From Antedon mediterranea (lineage: Eukaryota; Animalia; Echinodermata), in NCBI RefSeq assembly GCF_964355755.1, contig NC_092673.1, positions 29,571,648 to 29,635,647 of the forward strand: a DNA stretch of 64,000 nucleotides, written 5' to 3'. Shown in pieces: positions 1-11,662 of the stretch (positions are counted from its first letter, which is position 1; each line of letters begins with the position of its first letter). The notes beneath the pieces were generated by a model, which was given only the letters and a program-made list of their open reading frames with translations, did no database searches and was not told the DNA's origin. The position numbers were made by a program, and so were the translations under genes.

Positions 1-442
1 ACACCCCAAACCAAGACACCGACAAAGGCAGCTACACTTGCAAAGAAAACACCAGCAAAAACTTCTCCAAAAACACCACAAACAAAGACACCAACAAAGG
101 CGACCACACCTGCAAAGACACCAACAAAGGCGACCACACCTGCAAAGACTACCCCGAACAAAACACCTGCAAAAATAGTTACACCAAAAGCATCTGCAAA
201 GAAAAGTCCTGCAAAGACACCTGAAATGGTAGACACTCCAGCCAAAAAATCCACTTCTGCTAAAAAAGGCACTCCAGCAAAGACAACCCCTGCAAAAAGT
301 TCTGCTAAAACTCCTCCTAAGACACCTGAAGAATTGTTTAAGATCTTAACTCCAAAGGTTAAATCACCAGTTGCAAAGACACCGCCAAAGTCGACAGGAA
401 AGAAGTCTCCAGGAAAGTCACCAGCAAAGAAATCGCCAAAAG
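1..442 (+). CDS. MKI67: Ki-67-like protein, internal exon (5' end outside window); K/T/P/S-rich with many TP/SP sites
   Basis: Frame 1 is open from base 1 (TPKTKTPTKAATLAKKTPAK...KSPAKKSPK). Donor AAAG|GTAAAT after 442, phase 1, compatible with the next exon. Confidence 0.85.
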
Positions 443-828
443 GTAAATATCCAATTTTATTATTAACTGTCTTACATCTACTGTAGTGTAGCCGCATATC
501 ATAAAAGTTTTTATTGAAAAATAGTTCATTCTGCAAGCTGATGCATAATATATAAATATACAGAATAAGTTTGTCTTTTTAATGGTAACACAGTAAACTC
601 TCCCAATACCGGACAGCTTTGTGATTGCCAAATATATCTTGTTTTCCGGAAAGTCTGGTATTCAGAATGTGTTTTTAATGGTAAAGAGGAATTTCGGACC
701 TTTTTGGAAAAGTCTGATTTTGGGAGAGTTTCAGGTTTTCTGAGAGTCTGGTACTGGGAGAGTTTACTATTAGTATAGTATTCTAGTTTTTTTATATATA
801 TATATTTATATGTTTTTTTGTTTTTAAG

Positions 829-896
829 GCACAACTCCTCAAATTAAAAAGTCTCCTAAAAGACTCAGTGGATCTCTCAAGAAGATCAAAGCTAAG
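829..896 (+). CDS. MKI67: Ki-67-like protein exon (68 nt)
   Basis: T-rich tract ending TTTAAG|, reads (G)TTPQIKKSPKRLSGSLKKIKAK, donor AAG|GTGAGT; phase 1 in, phase 0 out. Confidence 0.8.
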
Positions 897-1028
897 GTGA
901 GTTTTTCAATTAATTTTTTATTCGCTGTTATTGTTATTTTATTTATGTTATTGAATACTGAATTACTATCAACACGTATATTGATAATTGTACTTGGTTT
1001 ATAAATATCTCTAACAATTTATTATTAG

Positions 1029-1149
1029 GGTGTGCCTTTTGGAAGCCCGCGTCAGCCCAAGTCAACTCCACTAAAAACAGCCATGGATCAGCTGAAACGT
1101 CGCTCTGCGCCTGTAGTTGAAGAATCACCAAGGACAAAGCGGTCACCAG
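1029..1149 (+). CDS. MKI67: Ki-67-like protein exon (121 nt)
   Basis: Acceptor TTAG|, reads GVPFGSPRQPKSTPLKTAMDQLKRRSAPVVEESPRTKRSP, donor CAG|GTATTT; phase 0 in, phase 1 out. Confidence 0.8.
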
Positions 1150-1394
1150 GTATTTTAAATTATTACTATTAATCACTTTTTTTGATTTGTTGTTAATATT
1201 CTATAAATATGCAGTATATATATTTGATAGCATGTAACTGTAGATTGGATAATGTGTTAACATCTCCAAACAGATTTACATTTTTACTTGGCATAGCCCT
1301 GCCGCATAACAACTATTTGTTCAGGGAATAGGTCGTTCTAAAATGTTTAATCCTCCTTGAATCGAAACCAATTTGTTTCTGCTTACTTTTATAG

Positions 1395-2380
1395 CTGTGA
1401 AACCTGTGAGTGTTGAAAAGAAGAAAGCTACACCAAAACGCAAGTCTATTGAAAGTATTGCACCATCAGCAAAGCGAAAAAGAGTGTCATTTGGACCAAA
1501 CCTCAGTCCAGAACACTTTGACAAAAAACTGCCGCCGTCTACACCACTTCGACGAGGTGCAGCTCCACGTAGAAAAACAGTGGGTGAGTTTAAGGTTCGT
1601 AGTCCAGGTGCTACACCAAAAATAAAGAAGAGAGCATCGGTTGGAACTCAACTACATCCCGTGATTCCAGAAGAGAGGTTGACACCAGTAAAGTCACCAA
1701 AAGGCCAGAAATTAAAGACACCATCCCCTAATAAAGCAAGTCCCAAAACCAAGACTCCATCTCCAAGAAAAGCAACACCCAAAACAAAAACACCACCTAA
1801 GTCCTCCACTCCAGTGAAGTCACCTAAGAAAAGTAGCACTCCAAAAGCCTCTACTCCTGTGAAGTCACCCAAGAAAAGTAGCACTCCAAAAGCCTCTACT
1901 CCTGCGAAATCACCCAAGAAAAGAAGCACTCCAAAAGCCTCTACTCCTGTGAAGTCACCCAAGAAAAGTAGCACTCCAAAAGCCTCTACTCCTGCGAAGT
2001 CACCCAAGAAAAGTAGCACTCCAAAAGCCTCTACTCCTGCGAAGTCACCCAAAAAAAGTAGCACTCCAAAGGCCTCAACTCCTGCGAGTAGCACTCCGGA
2101 AGCTAAGGCAGTGACTCCAAGATCTACCTCTCCAGGCCGCTCATTATCTAAGCGTACTGTTAAGCCTCCAGCTGCATTTGCAGATGAAAGTTACACTGGA
2201 TTGCCAAATCTATTCCAGACACCAACTAAGGCTACCAAAGACTCACCAGCAGCTCAGTCAGCAAAGCAAGTTACACTAAAGAAACTATCTACTCCTTTAA
2301 GAAAGGATATAACAGCAGGCAAGACATTGAAGCCAACCAAGAGAGCTATGGCTACACCTTTGAGAAAAGATATTCAAAAG
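1395..2380 (+). CDS. MKI67: Ki-67-like protein exon with PP1-binding domain
   Basis: Acceptor TTTTATAG|, donor AAG|GTGTGT. Encodes KRKRVSFGPNLSPEHFDKKLPPSTPLRRGAAP (~1472-1567), matching the Ki-67/RepoMan PP1-binding domain (RVSF...PELFD..LPPNTPLKRG), plus a TGLPNLFQTP motif. Confidence 0.93.
1816..2085 (+). repeat. Coding minisatellite, 45-bp unit x6 (KSPKKSSTPKASTP[VA])
   Basis: Near-identical units start at 1816, 1861, 1906, 1951, 1996 and 2041. Confidence 0.95.
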
Positions 2381-2517
2381 GTGTGTATTTAAAAAAAATC
2401 ATATTGTTGTAACATTATTTACTTTGTTTACATTTATGTTACCTGAAGCAATTATTTGTATTAGTTTTAGAAAATGCTACTGCCATTCTATCAATAATTT
2501 TTTTTGTTTTTCTGTAG

Positions 2518-2814
2518 GGAATTGAACTAAAACCATCAAAGACTGCAAAAAAGACACCAGTTGGTAAAGTTTCTAAGCCATCAACCCCTGTTACTGAGAA
2601 GACCACGTCATTAACCACACCTGGTAGGAAGACTCCAAGGTCCTCGCGTTCAAAGACACCAAAATCAGCAAAGGCTAAAACATGGGCTGACATTGTCAAG
2701 AAGGGCGCTAAGAAACCAAGTACTGTGAGCACAAAGTCTGAGCTTTTCAAGATTAAAGCCGGACGTGTAACCAAGCCAATTCATCCAGCTATCACTCGAT
2801 TGAGGACTCCAAAG
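2518..2814 (+). CDS. MKI67: Ki-67-like protein exon (99 codons; absent from ORF track)
   Basis: Acceptor TTTTCTGTAG|, donor AAG|GTAGAT, phase 0/0, no stops. Encodes KTWADIVKKG, matching the vertebrate Ki-67 SWADVVK motif. Confidence 0.9.
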
Positions 2815-3090
2815 GTAGATCAGAATTCTACTTAATTTTTCAGACGTTTTGTACTTGCTTGTAATTTAGAGATAATTAAATAAAATGTAATTAAAATAAT
2901 CAAATTAAAGGAAAATTCTTAAGCAGATAGCAATTGATCCACTACTACCCAATAACCGTTTTTAAACTTAATTACAACCTGCTGATGTAGGATTTATATA
3001 ATTACACAATTCCTAAATTGCTAGAGAAATTACTACAGTTATTACCGTTTTATGTGCTCAATCTAAATAAAGTTAATTTGGTTCTTGTAG

Positions 3091-5397
3091 GCTGCAAGAG
3101 GAGGTGTTAAAAGCACAGGACATGTTGGATCACCAGCCACTATTATAATTGGAAAAGCAAGTACACCCGTAACAATTGTACCAAAAACCAGAAGAGGACG
3201 CAAAACACCAAGCAAGAAAATGGCACAATTAAAGGGTATCAACGAAGACATTTTAACCGGATTAGAAGATCTTTTCCAAACTCCATCACCAAAAGCTAAA
3301 ACTCCTAAGAGGGCTGAACTAAATGTTGCATCACCTAAGACACCAAAAACACCTGAAGGACCAGGAGTAATGGCAGTCTCGCCTCTGGCTTCACGTACAC
3401 CAAGCCCAAGAAAAAGCACTTCGCCATACAAGATGACTCCACAATCTCGTAGAGAATCTGACAAATTTGTTTCCCCATTAGTGGCAACAAAAACTCCATC
3501 GAATACACCTGCCAAAAATGTGTTTGAGAGAAGAACACCAAAGCCGAAAAACAAAGCAGTAGAGGATATGGTTGGAGTCAGTAGATTGGTCAAGACACCT
3601 AAACAGAAGTCCTCCCCAGTTGGTAAAGATTTTGGCTTGAAGAGAATAATGAGTAGCCCAAAACAGAAAAATCAAGCAGTTGATGATTTTGCTGGAGTTT
3701 CAGAGATGTTCCAAAGTCCAGCAGTAAAATCTGATGCGCCAAAAGCAGCAACACCTACAGTGTCTTTGAAGCGAAAAGCTCAAGAAAGTGCAAAGAAGCC
3801 TGCCAAACGATTAAAACAATCAAACACCCCAGTGAAAACGCCTCCAAAGAAAGTGTCTTCAAAGCGAGAATCAAATATATTTGTCTCGCCTTTAGTTACA
3901 ACTAAAACTCCATCCAAGTCACCTGCCAAGAAGGTTTATCAGAAGCAAACTCCCAAGCAAAAGAACAAAGCTGTAGAAGATATGGTTGGATTAAGTAGAT
4001 TGGTTAAGACACCTAAACAGAAGTCATCACCAGTTGGTAAAGATTTTGGCTTGAAAAGAATAATGAGTAGCCCAAAACAGAAAAATCAAGCAGTTGATGA
4101 TTTCGCTGGAGTTTCAGAGATGTTTCCAAGTCCAAAATCAACTCCAGCAGCAACACCATCTGAAGCTACAACACCATCTAAAGCTGCAACACCCAAGACT
4201 AAACCGAATGCTTTGAAGAGGAAAGCGCCAACAAGTGCAAAGAAGTCTCCTAAACAAGCAAAAACTTCACCAGTTAAAATTACTACTTCACCTGACAATA
4301 AACCCGATTCACCTGCAGTTGTCCCTAAAAAGTCCAACAGTAAACGTAAAGCACCTACAAAGACTAAGACAACAGAGGAGGTACTCTCCCCACCTAAGGC
4401 GAGGTCAACACGCTCTAGAAGGAATCCACCAGCAGCGAACAAAAAGACAACAAAAGAACCAGTTGCTACTAAAGCGGCAGTTGTAAGCCCTAAAAAGTCA
4501 AAAAGAGGTAAAGTTGTTGAAAGTAAGATAACGGAAGAAGTGCTCTCTCCACCTAAGGCAAGGTCGACACGCTCTAAAAGGAATGCACCAGCAGTGAATA
4601 AAAAGACAACAAAAGAAACAGTTGTGATTAAGTCGCCTGTTGTAAGCCCTAAAAAGTCAAATAGACGTAAAGTTGCTGAACCTAAAGCAACAGAAGAAGT
4701 TTTTTCTCCACCTAAGGCTAGGTCGACACGCTCTAAAAGGAATGCACCAGCGGCGAACAAAAAGACAAAAGAACCAGTTGTGACGAAGTCACCAATTATA
4801 AGCCCTAAAAAGTCAAATAGACGTAAAGTTGTTGAACCTAAGGCAACAGAAGAAGTATTTTCTCCACCGAAGGCTAGGTCGACACGTAAGCGTGCTCCTA
4901 CAAAAGTGGCCGAGCCAAAAATTGATTCCCCTAAATCCAAGAGGTCTAGACGAGGAGTAGCTTATTCTACTCCTGCAAAGAAAGAAAATAATGAACCAGT
5001 TATTGAAGTTGATGAGCCGGTGAAAAAACAGGCTGCACGTGGGAAAAAGAAGGCTTCTTTAACTTTTGTAGAACCAGAGTCTGTACCTGAAAAACCTAAA
5101 GGTAGAGGGGAAAAAGCTAGTCCTATTAAAAAGTCAGACGACACTACAAAGGTAACCAAGAAATCTGCAAAAGGAGCTGCAAGTCCACGTAAAACAAGAG
5201 CCTCAAAAGTAACTTTATCCACTCCTGCAACAACCCCACAAAAGACTAGCAGAACAAAAAAAGCTGCCATCGTCGAGAAAGCTGCTCCATCTCCTAAAAA
5301 GACAAGATCTACTCGCGCTGCCCAGAAAAAAGGTCAAGACAGTCAAACGAAAGAATCGCCCAAAAAGACCGTAGCAACTAGATCAAGACGAAAGTGA
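3091..5397 (+). CDS. MKI67: Ki-67-like protein terminal exon (conserved domain, Ki-67 motifs, basic C-terminus)
   Basis: Acceptor TTCTTGTAG|, in frame with ORF 3220-5397. Begins AARGGVKSTGHVGSPATIIIGKA (Ki-67 conserved domain TGHANSPCTIIIGKA). Contains GLEDLFQTP and SPKQKNQAVDDFAGVSEMFQSP; ends TRSRRK-TGA. Confidence 0.93.
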   Translation, partial: AARGGVKSTGHVGSPATIIIGKASTPVTIVPKTRRGRKTPSKKMAQLKGINEDILTGLEDLFQTPSPKAKTPKRAELNVASPKTPKTPEGPGVMAVSPLASRTPSPRKSTSPYKMTPQSRRESDKFVSPLVATKTPSNTPAKNVFERRTPKPKNKAVEDMVGVSRLVKTPKQKSSPVGKDFGLKRIMSSPKQKNQAVDDFAGVSEMFQSPAVKSDAPKAATPTVSLKRKAQESAKKPAKRLKQSNTPVKTPPKKVSSKRESNIFVSPLVTTKTPSKSPAKKVYQKQTPKQKNKAVEDMVGLSRLVKTPKQKSSPVGKDFGLKRIMSSPKQKNQAVDDFAGVSEMFPSPKSTPAATPSEATTPSKAATPKTKPNALKRKAPTSAKKSPKQAKTSPVKITTSPDNKPDSPAVVPKKSNSKRKAPTKTKTTEEVLSPPKARSTRSRRNPPAANKKTTKEPVATKAAVVSPKKSKRGKVVESKITEEVLSPPKARSTRSKRNAPAVNKKTTKETVVIKSPVVSPKKSNRRKVAEPKATEEVFSPPKARSTRSKRNAPAANKKTKEPVVTKSPIISPKKSNRRKVVEPKATEEVFSPPKARSTRKRAPTKVAEPKIDSPKSKRSRRGVAYSTPAKKENNEPVIEVDEPVKKQAARGKKKASLTFVEPESVPEKPKGRGEKASPIKKSDDTTKVTKKSAKGAASPRKTRASKVTLSTPATTPQKTSRTKKAAIVEKAAPSPKKTRSTRAAQKKGQDSQTKESPKKTVATRSRRK
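3448..4134 (+). repeat. Internal coding duplication: 91-aa block repeated at a 414-nt (138-aa) period
   Basis: RESxxFVSPLVxTKTPS...GKDFGLKRIMSSPKQKNQAVDDFAGVSEMFxSP at 3448-3720 and 3862-4134. Confidence 0.95.
4375..4890 (+). repeat. Coding repeat, 52-53 aa period, 4 copies of EEV[LF]SPPKARSTR
   Basis: Copies start at 4375, 4534, 4693 and 4849. Confidence 0.93.
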
Positions 5398-5925
5398 AGT
5401 TTTTTAGAATTTTTAAACAAAAGTTCAGTTTGTAAATATGTGCACAAATTTACAATTCATTGTACTGTTAAATACTAGTTATCATGATATAATTTTCACA
5501 ATGTCTTTTATATGTCTGTGTTGTCGTCCTAATTACAAAAGTATTTTTGAAATAAATTTCATGAACAAGAATTAATAGCAATACAGAATATATTTTAAAC
5601 CGTTTTTACATTGTGTATATAGCATACAAAAACCCTATTGCTGACTTTTTGATGTGTAACACAATTTTACTTAATTTGGATATTTGTACAAAGTTTTATG
5701 ATAGTCGGGTACAGACAAGGAAACTGATATTTTGTATTGACATTTTTATAGAGTCATGGTAGCAGAATTGTTGTGTACTCTCGTATACATATATACATTG
5801 TACTTTTTAAAACTGTTTTTGCACTGTACCGACTGTGTTTTTTCCACAAATACAGATAAAGCTTGTGGTGATTGTTTTACTATATACTAATTTTAATTAA
5901 TAAATAGTTGAATCATTTTGCTTCT
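5398..5925 (+). promoter_or_regulatory. Putative Ki-67 3' UTR with poly(A) signals
   Basis: AATAAA at 5551-5556 and 5899-5904 (another at 6342-6347); U-rich sequence downstream of 5904. The end point is inferred. Confidence 0.55.
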
Positions 5926-7592
5926 TTTTGGGATGTATACCATTCTACCCCGCATTCTACCTCATTCATCTGATGATAAATGTTTCAGTATTAAGTTTTG
6001 ACCTTACTGTTACTGCAGCAGAATTAACAAGCCATTTTGTCCCATGTATTTACAGTAAATTGGAGTATTTTTAGGTTTGCATCTGATACTGTTTGTTCAA
6101 CTAAGAAACGTTCCTAATGGATATAATAATGTTATCTGTTGTAGACCTGTAGTTTAGTCCAGTGTGATACTACAGTACCTGTATTGTACAATCCTACTTC
6201 ATTTTATGTTTGAATTATGTTTTATGTAAATCTTGTAATATATTTGATAGTATGTAGTAGGAAATACATTTAGATGTTATTTTACCTCTATTTCATTTTT
6301 GTATGTGTTACCTGGGATGACATGTGAACTGAGTGACCAGTAATAAAAATGAATAATATGTAAAATCACAAGTTATCCAATGCCTTTTTATGTCACAGCC
6401 ATATATGGCTCTGTTTAATGTAAGATAACAGCGCCCTCTTTTTATAATTCAACTTTCTGGCCATTTGTTTCTGTTTTTCGAATGTAAAATAACTATTTGC
6501 ATATTTTATCAAGAGTGTCAATTCCTTGGGCTATATAAGTTGTATGGCTAATATTTCTGCACACCTTTCTGTCGAACGCTAAATTAATTCACAATTATGA
6601 CCGGCGGCGAGTTTTACCATTTTTGCGCGCGTTACAACGATATCGTCTTCTTGTACCATTTGGCGTTTATTTATCTTTAATTTGCCATTTTAGTCGCGTC
6701 AACTGCTCTGTGTAATCTGTCAACAATTGAAACTCATTGTAAAACAATAGGAAACGTAATTTGTACAGCTTGGTTTGTTGTTTGACCACTTCTTTCATCA
6801 TTGAATAATGTATCGGCCACGAAACGTAGTTTGTAAATCATATTGATGCTATTAATTGTGCAATTGTTAAGTTTGTGGGTAAATGACGTGCGCGCGTTTG
6901 AAAGCGAAAAATACCGGGCCTATAAACCCAATCGTTTATTATATTTATTTTAAACTAGTATCCTACACAATCTCAATATTTGAGCGTTATTTTATTGAAC
7001 AAATACGAACTTAATGTTGTGTTCCACTGAGTTCCACCGATTTTTGTAGGCCTAAAAATTGCTTCCTTTTTCTTATTAAATTTATTTGCCTTCAATGTAA
7101 TTCTGCTGACAAAACCTGCTGCTGACAGTAGCAGTATTTTACCTTATCATGTGTAGACCACAATGTCTGAGGCCGTACTCCATAGGAAACCAGTTACCGG
7201 TAGGTCTATGATCGGATTGAGATCAGTCCGTCTCTATCCCCTGCTCACTAAGTTCATACGCCCACCCCTGCTGTGTGAGTCAGTCAGTAGATGACTTATA
7301 TTAATCATTCCTAAAATTATGGTTTAGCTTGTTTTTGATAAGTTTTGAGACTAGTTGGTATCCAAATTAACATAAATTCAAGGCATACGGCTGATTTAGA
7401 GAAGATGTTAAACCCGCAAATAACCACCAGTCCTGATACTTCACGGTGAGTGATAACAATTTTGGGGGGAGAGGGTTTTTATTGAAAATAGAAGTTAAAC
7501 TTATTGTAATAATAATGTATTTGGTTAACCTGTTATGGTTTAGTACACGACCATGCCAATTACATCTGCAACGTAGTGGCAAGACACAAAGC

Positions 7593-7707
7593 TGACGCGC
7601 GCATATATTAAGGAACTATCATTTGACGCGCGCGTAAAGAAACTATCATTTGACGCGCGCGTAAATAAACTGGATCATTTTATCAACGTTGACACGCGCG
7701 CGTCAAA
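7593..7707. repeat. Short tandem/inverted cluster of TGACGCGCGCGT motifs
   Basis: Three direct copies with AACTATCATT spacers plus a final copy CGCGCGCGTCAAAT in inverted orientation. Confidence 0.75.
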
Positions 7708-10700
7708 TTTGTGTTATTTCGACATGTAGATGGCGTGCTTTTTACTGTTGATGCCAAAGTGCCATAAGAAACAGGTGTCGGTCAACCTGTAGGATTTTGA
7801 TACGATTATAAAACTTCTGCAAACACAGTAACGATATCTTGATCTGTTTTCTCGTGAAAATATTTTAACATTTACCAACGAACAAGCATTCTGATGACCC
7901 CAAAAATAAGACGGATTTAAATCTCTTCGGCAAGATGTTGATGGCCGCATGAACTTAAAAGTTCAAACAGGGCATTAGGCCTATATCTAAATACTTGAAG
8001 CTACGCTAATATGATCGCTATCTCTGCCATCATTTCCCATGCGTTTAGAATCCATTACGTTTTCAAATATTTTAAACATCGTTAGTAATTTATAGCACCC
8101 CTTTGATTTTACCCGCAAAGATTATAATAAAATTATCGAATTATCGGTGTACTGTTTTAAAGAGCCCTTCGCGTATTATTTCACGTAACGCACAGTGGTT
8201 AAAGAGGATATTCATTCGAATTATTATCTCTGATATTGAGAATGTGATATTTTAAATTGTTCTTTGTAGATTTACTTAGTCCAATAATAATTAAGCTTTA
8301 TCAACATTGTTAATGACCATTGTGATTCGTAATTTGTTTAATGTGAATGTAAAGTGTAAATTCTCGCCTTACTTCGAGTCAACAACGGAATTTGGTTCGT
8401 AAACGAGTGTTGGGCATTCTGTACGCAACACGATCCAGATGGTAAATGGTTGATTTGGTGTTAAAGATAAAGAACTGATTTAAAGTTTGTCATCAAATCA
8501 CCGCACATTTATAGTTGTAAAGTATAAAGTATTAAAACAAAAAATATGTGTATTTATAATCGTAAGATAATTACATTGAGCAGTGACATTCCGATGTCAT
8601 TTTGCTGTGTTCTGAATCATGTTATGTAGGCCTATTTCGCAGGCCTATTTATCTGTTTACTACAGTTACAGCATGGAGGTAAAAAATTAGTAAGCCTCCA
8701 TGTTTTATGCGTTCTATAGTATATTATAAGAGAACAGTATTTTTTTTAAGTAAGTTTTCTATATGCCTTATTAAATGTTTGTATTGATATTCTGTTTTTA
8801 ACCAGCAACTAATTTTGTCTTTATACCTTTTTGTGAAAACACCATAAAGATATGTTGTTGGGGGTTACACAAAATTGAATCCCTTTCACGTTCGCATCAC
8901 TTCGCCGTCGCCTGGGTTAACGCTCTTCTAATTACTGTATTATATAATCCACCTCTAGAAAGTTACAGTGGGCCAGTCTATGCCTCTAAAGTCTAGAGTC
9001 ATCAAATAATAGGCCTATTATATCCTTAATAAAATATAAACTAAAATCACAATATAGGTTTGGTTGGTTAACTTCAGACTTAAATCTACTTTGTGTCATT
9101 TTCTGGCATCGTAACGCCACAGAATTTTGACATTATATTAAATACCGCTCCTAAAGGTGATTTGCATGATAAAGATAGGAATGCAAATTAGCATATACAA
9201 AAGGTAGTTAAATTTAGCGAGAACGGTTTTTTATGATGGACTCTGTTATGTAAGTAGGCCTACGCCTTGTTTGCTGTTATTAGTAGAAGTAGTAAGCCTT
9301 GTTTGGATCATTAAGTAGAAGTAGTTTTATAAAACGGTAACTATTTTTATCAAATATTGTAGGCCTAACTGAGAAGGGAATATTGCCACTCATTTTATGA
9401 AATAATACGCATATTTAGTACAGGTAGTATAAGCTATATTACTTAAAGGTGTGCAGGTTACATAATGGTTGCCAGGTACACATCACGTTAGCTCAAAAGG
9501 CGCTGGTCTAGAGATTTTGCAGGGTCATGGTCGATAAAAAGAACATATGCATATTAACTATAGAGTAATAATACAAAACTGTATTACAAATACAGGTACT
9601 TTGATACCTAATAAGATTTGTCTTTGTAGGCCTACTTGAAGAAGCATAAAAATAGTTTTTAAATGCATTGTTTAAAAAATATTTTAGTTTACGTAAATCA
9701 TCTGTCACTAAGCCACAAGTTTACCAATAAAACAGATGTTAGAAGGAAATGATCGAGCGTAAAGAAAGCTTCCGAATGAACCCAAGACAGACTGTCCCAG
9801 CGCCCTTGAACGCCTAGGCTTTGACGGTCAAAATGCCCGAAATACGCATGGACTCGCCAATGGCGCCGGTATGCACCAATCATAACTCAAATGGTTTATT
9901 AATACCAATATAACTCAGGTGTTATTTTGATTATGCAAGTGAATATGTTATTATGACATAATGTCTGTTGTCCATGACCTAAATACTGTATTGTTATTTA
10001 ATATTGTCTCTTATAATACAGTTCTTAAAATCACGTGGAAATTACTACGAGGTGAAACTAACATTACATAAATATTACAAACAAATGAATAAAAGCTTTT
10101 CTTTTAGTTTTATAGTTAAGACATCAACAAGAGTTGTTTTACACGTATAACTACCAATAACTGTTGCCGTCCAAATAGTAAATTCCACATTACTTTGTAA
10201 TGATCTTAAACTCATTATTTATTTGCATTTGACAATATTTGTAGAAAGATATAGGTATAGCAGGCCTACTTCATATTAATCTTAATCCATTATTCAGGGA
10301 GCTGATTGGTTGAAAGTTTATTGTAACTGTTCATATTATATCACATCGTGCCCTCCTTCGTTAATGGTGGAAATTCAACATAAAAATCGTTTAGAAAGTA
10401 TAAATAATTAATTAAAGTAAACAAATTTACCTATACATTGTCCGTTTATGAATATTTATAAAACAAAAACATTATATTATTATAAAACGTATACCGTTTT
10501 TAAAAATTCGGTTTAAAAGCGGTAATGATTTATGAAACAGATGGCAAAATACAATACTAAATATTTTAAAATCAGGTCTACCATTATCTCCTTGAAACGT
10601 GTACAAGGCCTCAAACGCCGCAATATTTTATTCTAAAAAGGAAGTATTAGTTTACGAGTTTGTTTTGTTTTTTGGATTATTATTTCGCATAATCAGAATA

Positions 10701-11079
10701 CCATATGCAGGCATCATTTTAAGGGTATTCTTGAGTAGGACTATATGATTTATAATGGTGATGTTAATTGGCCATTAGGCTAGTGAAATAGAATGTACCT
10801 TAATCCTGTTATAAGACTGGGGGAGCACACAAGCGTGGACCGCTAGTGGAAAATCGTAAATCTATCGGGCATCCTTCTCTTAGCTCAAGGTCAATTAATC
10901 GTTTGGCTATTTATGCGGTCAAACGTCAACTAAAAAGTGCTTTAATCCTACCATTTGTTGGACCAAATGAAACGAATGTGTTAAAGGTCAACCGTACTAA
11001 TGTAATGGTGTATCATATTTTGAATTATGATTTTATAACTACAGTATATAGAAATGGCTCAAATCAGTATCGATACAAA

Positions 11080-11662
11080 CCATAAAAGGGCATTACGAGC
11101 TATAACATTGTCAAAGTTTAATGATTCAATGACTGAATGTTTCTATAAATTTAAACTTCTTAAAATTGCGGATATCAATAAGTACCAAATTGGGCTTTTC
11201 ATGTATAATGTTACTACTAATCAGGACGTGCGTTTTTCATCGCTCTTTATTAAAAATGGTTCTTACCATAATTATAATACAAGATCTAAAGACAAAATGA
11301 GACTCAGAAAACGTAATCGTACTTCTACTATTTTACTGTGTCATGTGTGGGACCCAAATTGTGGAATGACTTGAATTACGAACTACAAAGTACAAAATCA
11401 ATATATATATTTAAATCATTGTTTAAAGAACATTTATTATCATTTTACAAATAATGTTAAAAATAATACTTGTTGCAGGATTTAGCTTTTTTATTATTTA
11501 TGTTTTAGTTTTTTAGGCTAGTTAGGGACGTAGGGGGACACAACTAATCAAGCTCTTTTGAGTTTTTATGTGTTTCCTTTTCATCTTTTTTATGTTCTCA
11601 TATAATTATTGTTGTTGTATATTTTCATGATTGAGGATGAATAAAGAATATTTGAATTTGAA
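11080..11662 (+). mobile_element. 5'-truncated non-LTR retrotransposon (CR1/L2 group): ORF2 C-terminus, 3' UTR and tail
   Basis: KRALRAIT...FYKFKLLKIADINKYQIGLFMY...HNYNTRS, then after a frameshift CVGPKLWNDL...SIYIFKSLFKEHLL*. These are typical post-RT motifs. Ends in AATAAA followed by (TTTGAA)2. Confidence 0.85.

Noticed and set aside
1648-5270. Long minus-strand ORFs (1648-2094, 2439-2774, 3063-3593, 4086-4940, 4962-5270)
   Set aside because: Antisense shadows of the K/P/T/S-rich Ki-67 exons; no independent gene signals.
226-5397. ORFs 226-486, 1373-2392 and 3220-5397 as separate histone H1-like genes
   Set aside because: They join in frame through GT-AG introns into one Ki-67-like CDS, and no H1 globular domain is present.
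7160-7290. GC-richer patch that might be a small RNA gene
   Set aside because: No match to any snRNA, snoRNA or miRNA I recognise, and no convincing hairpin.
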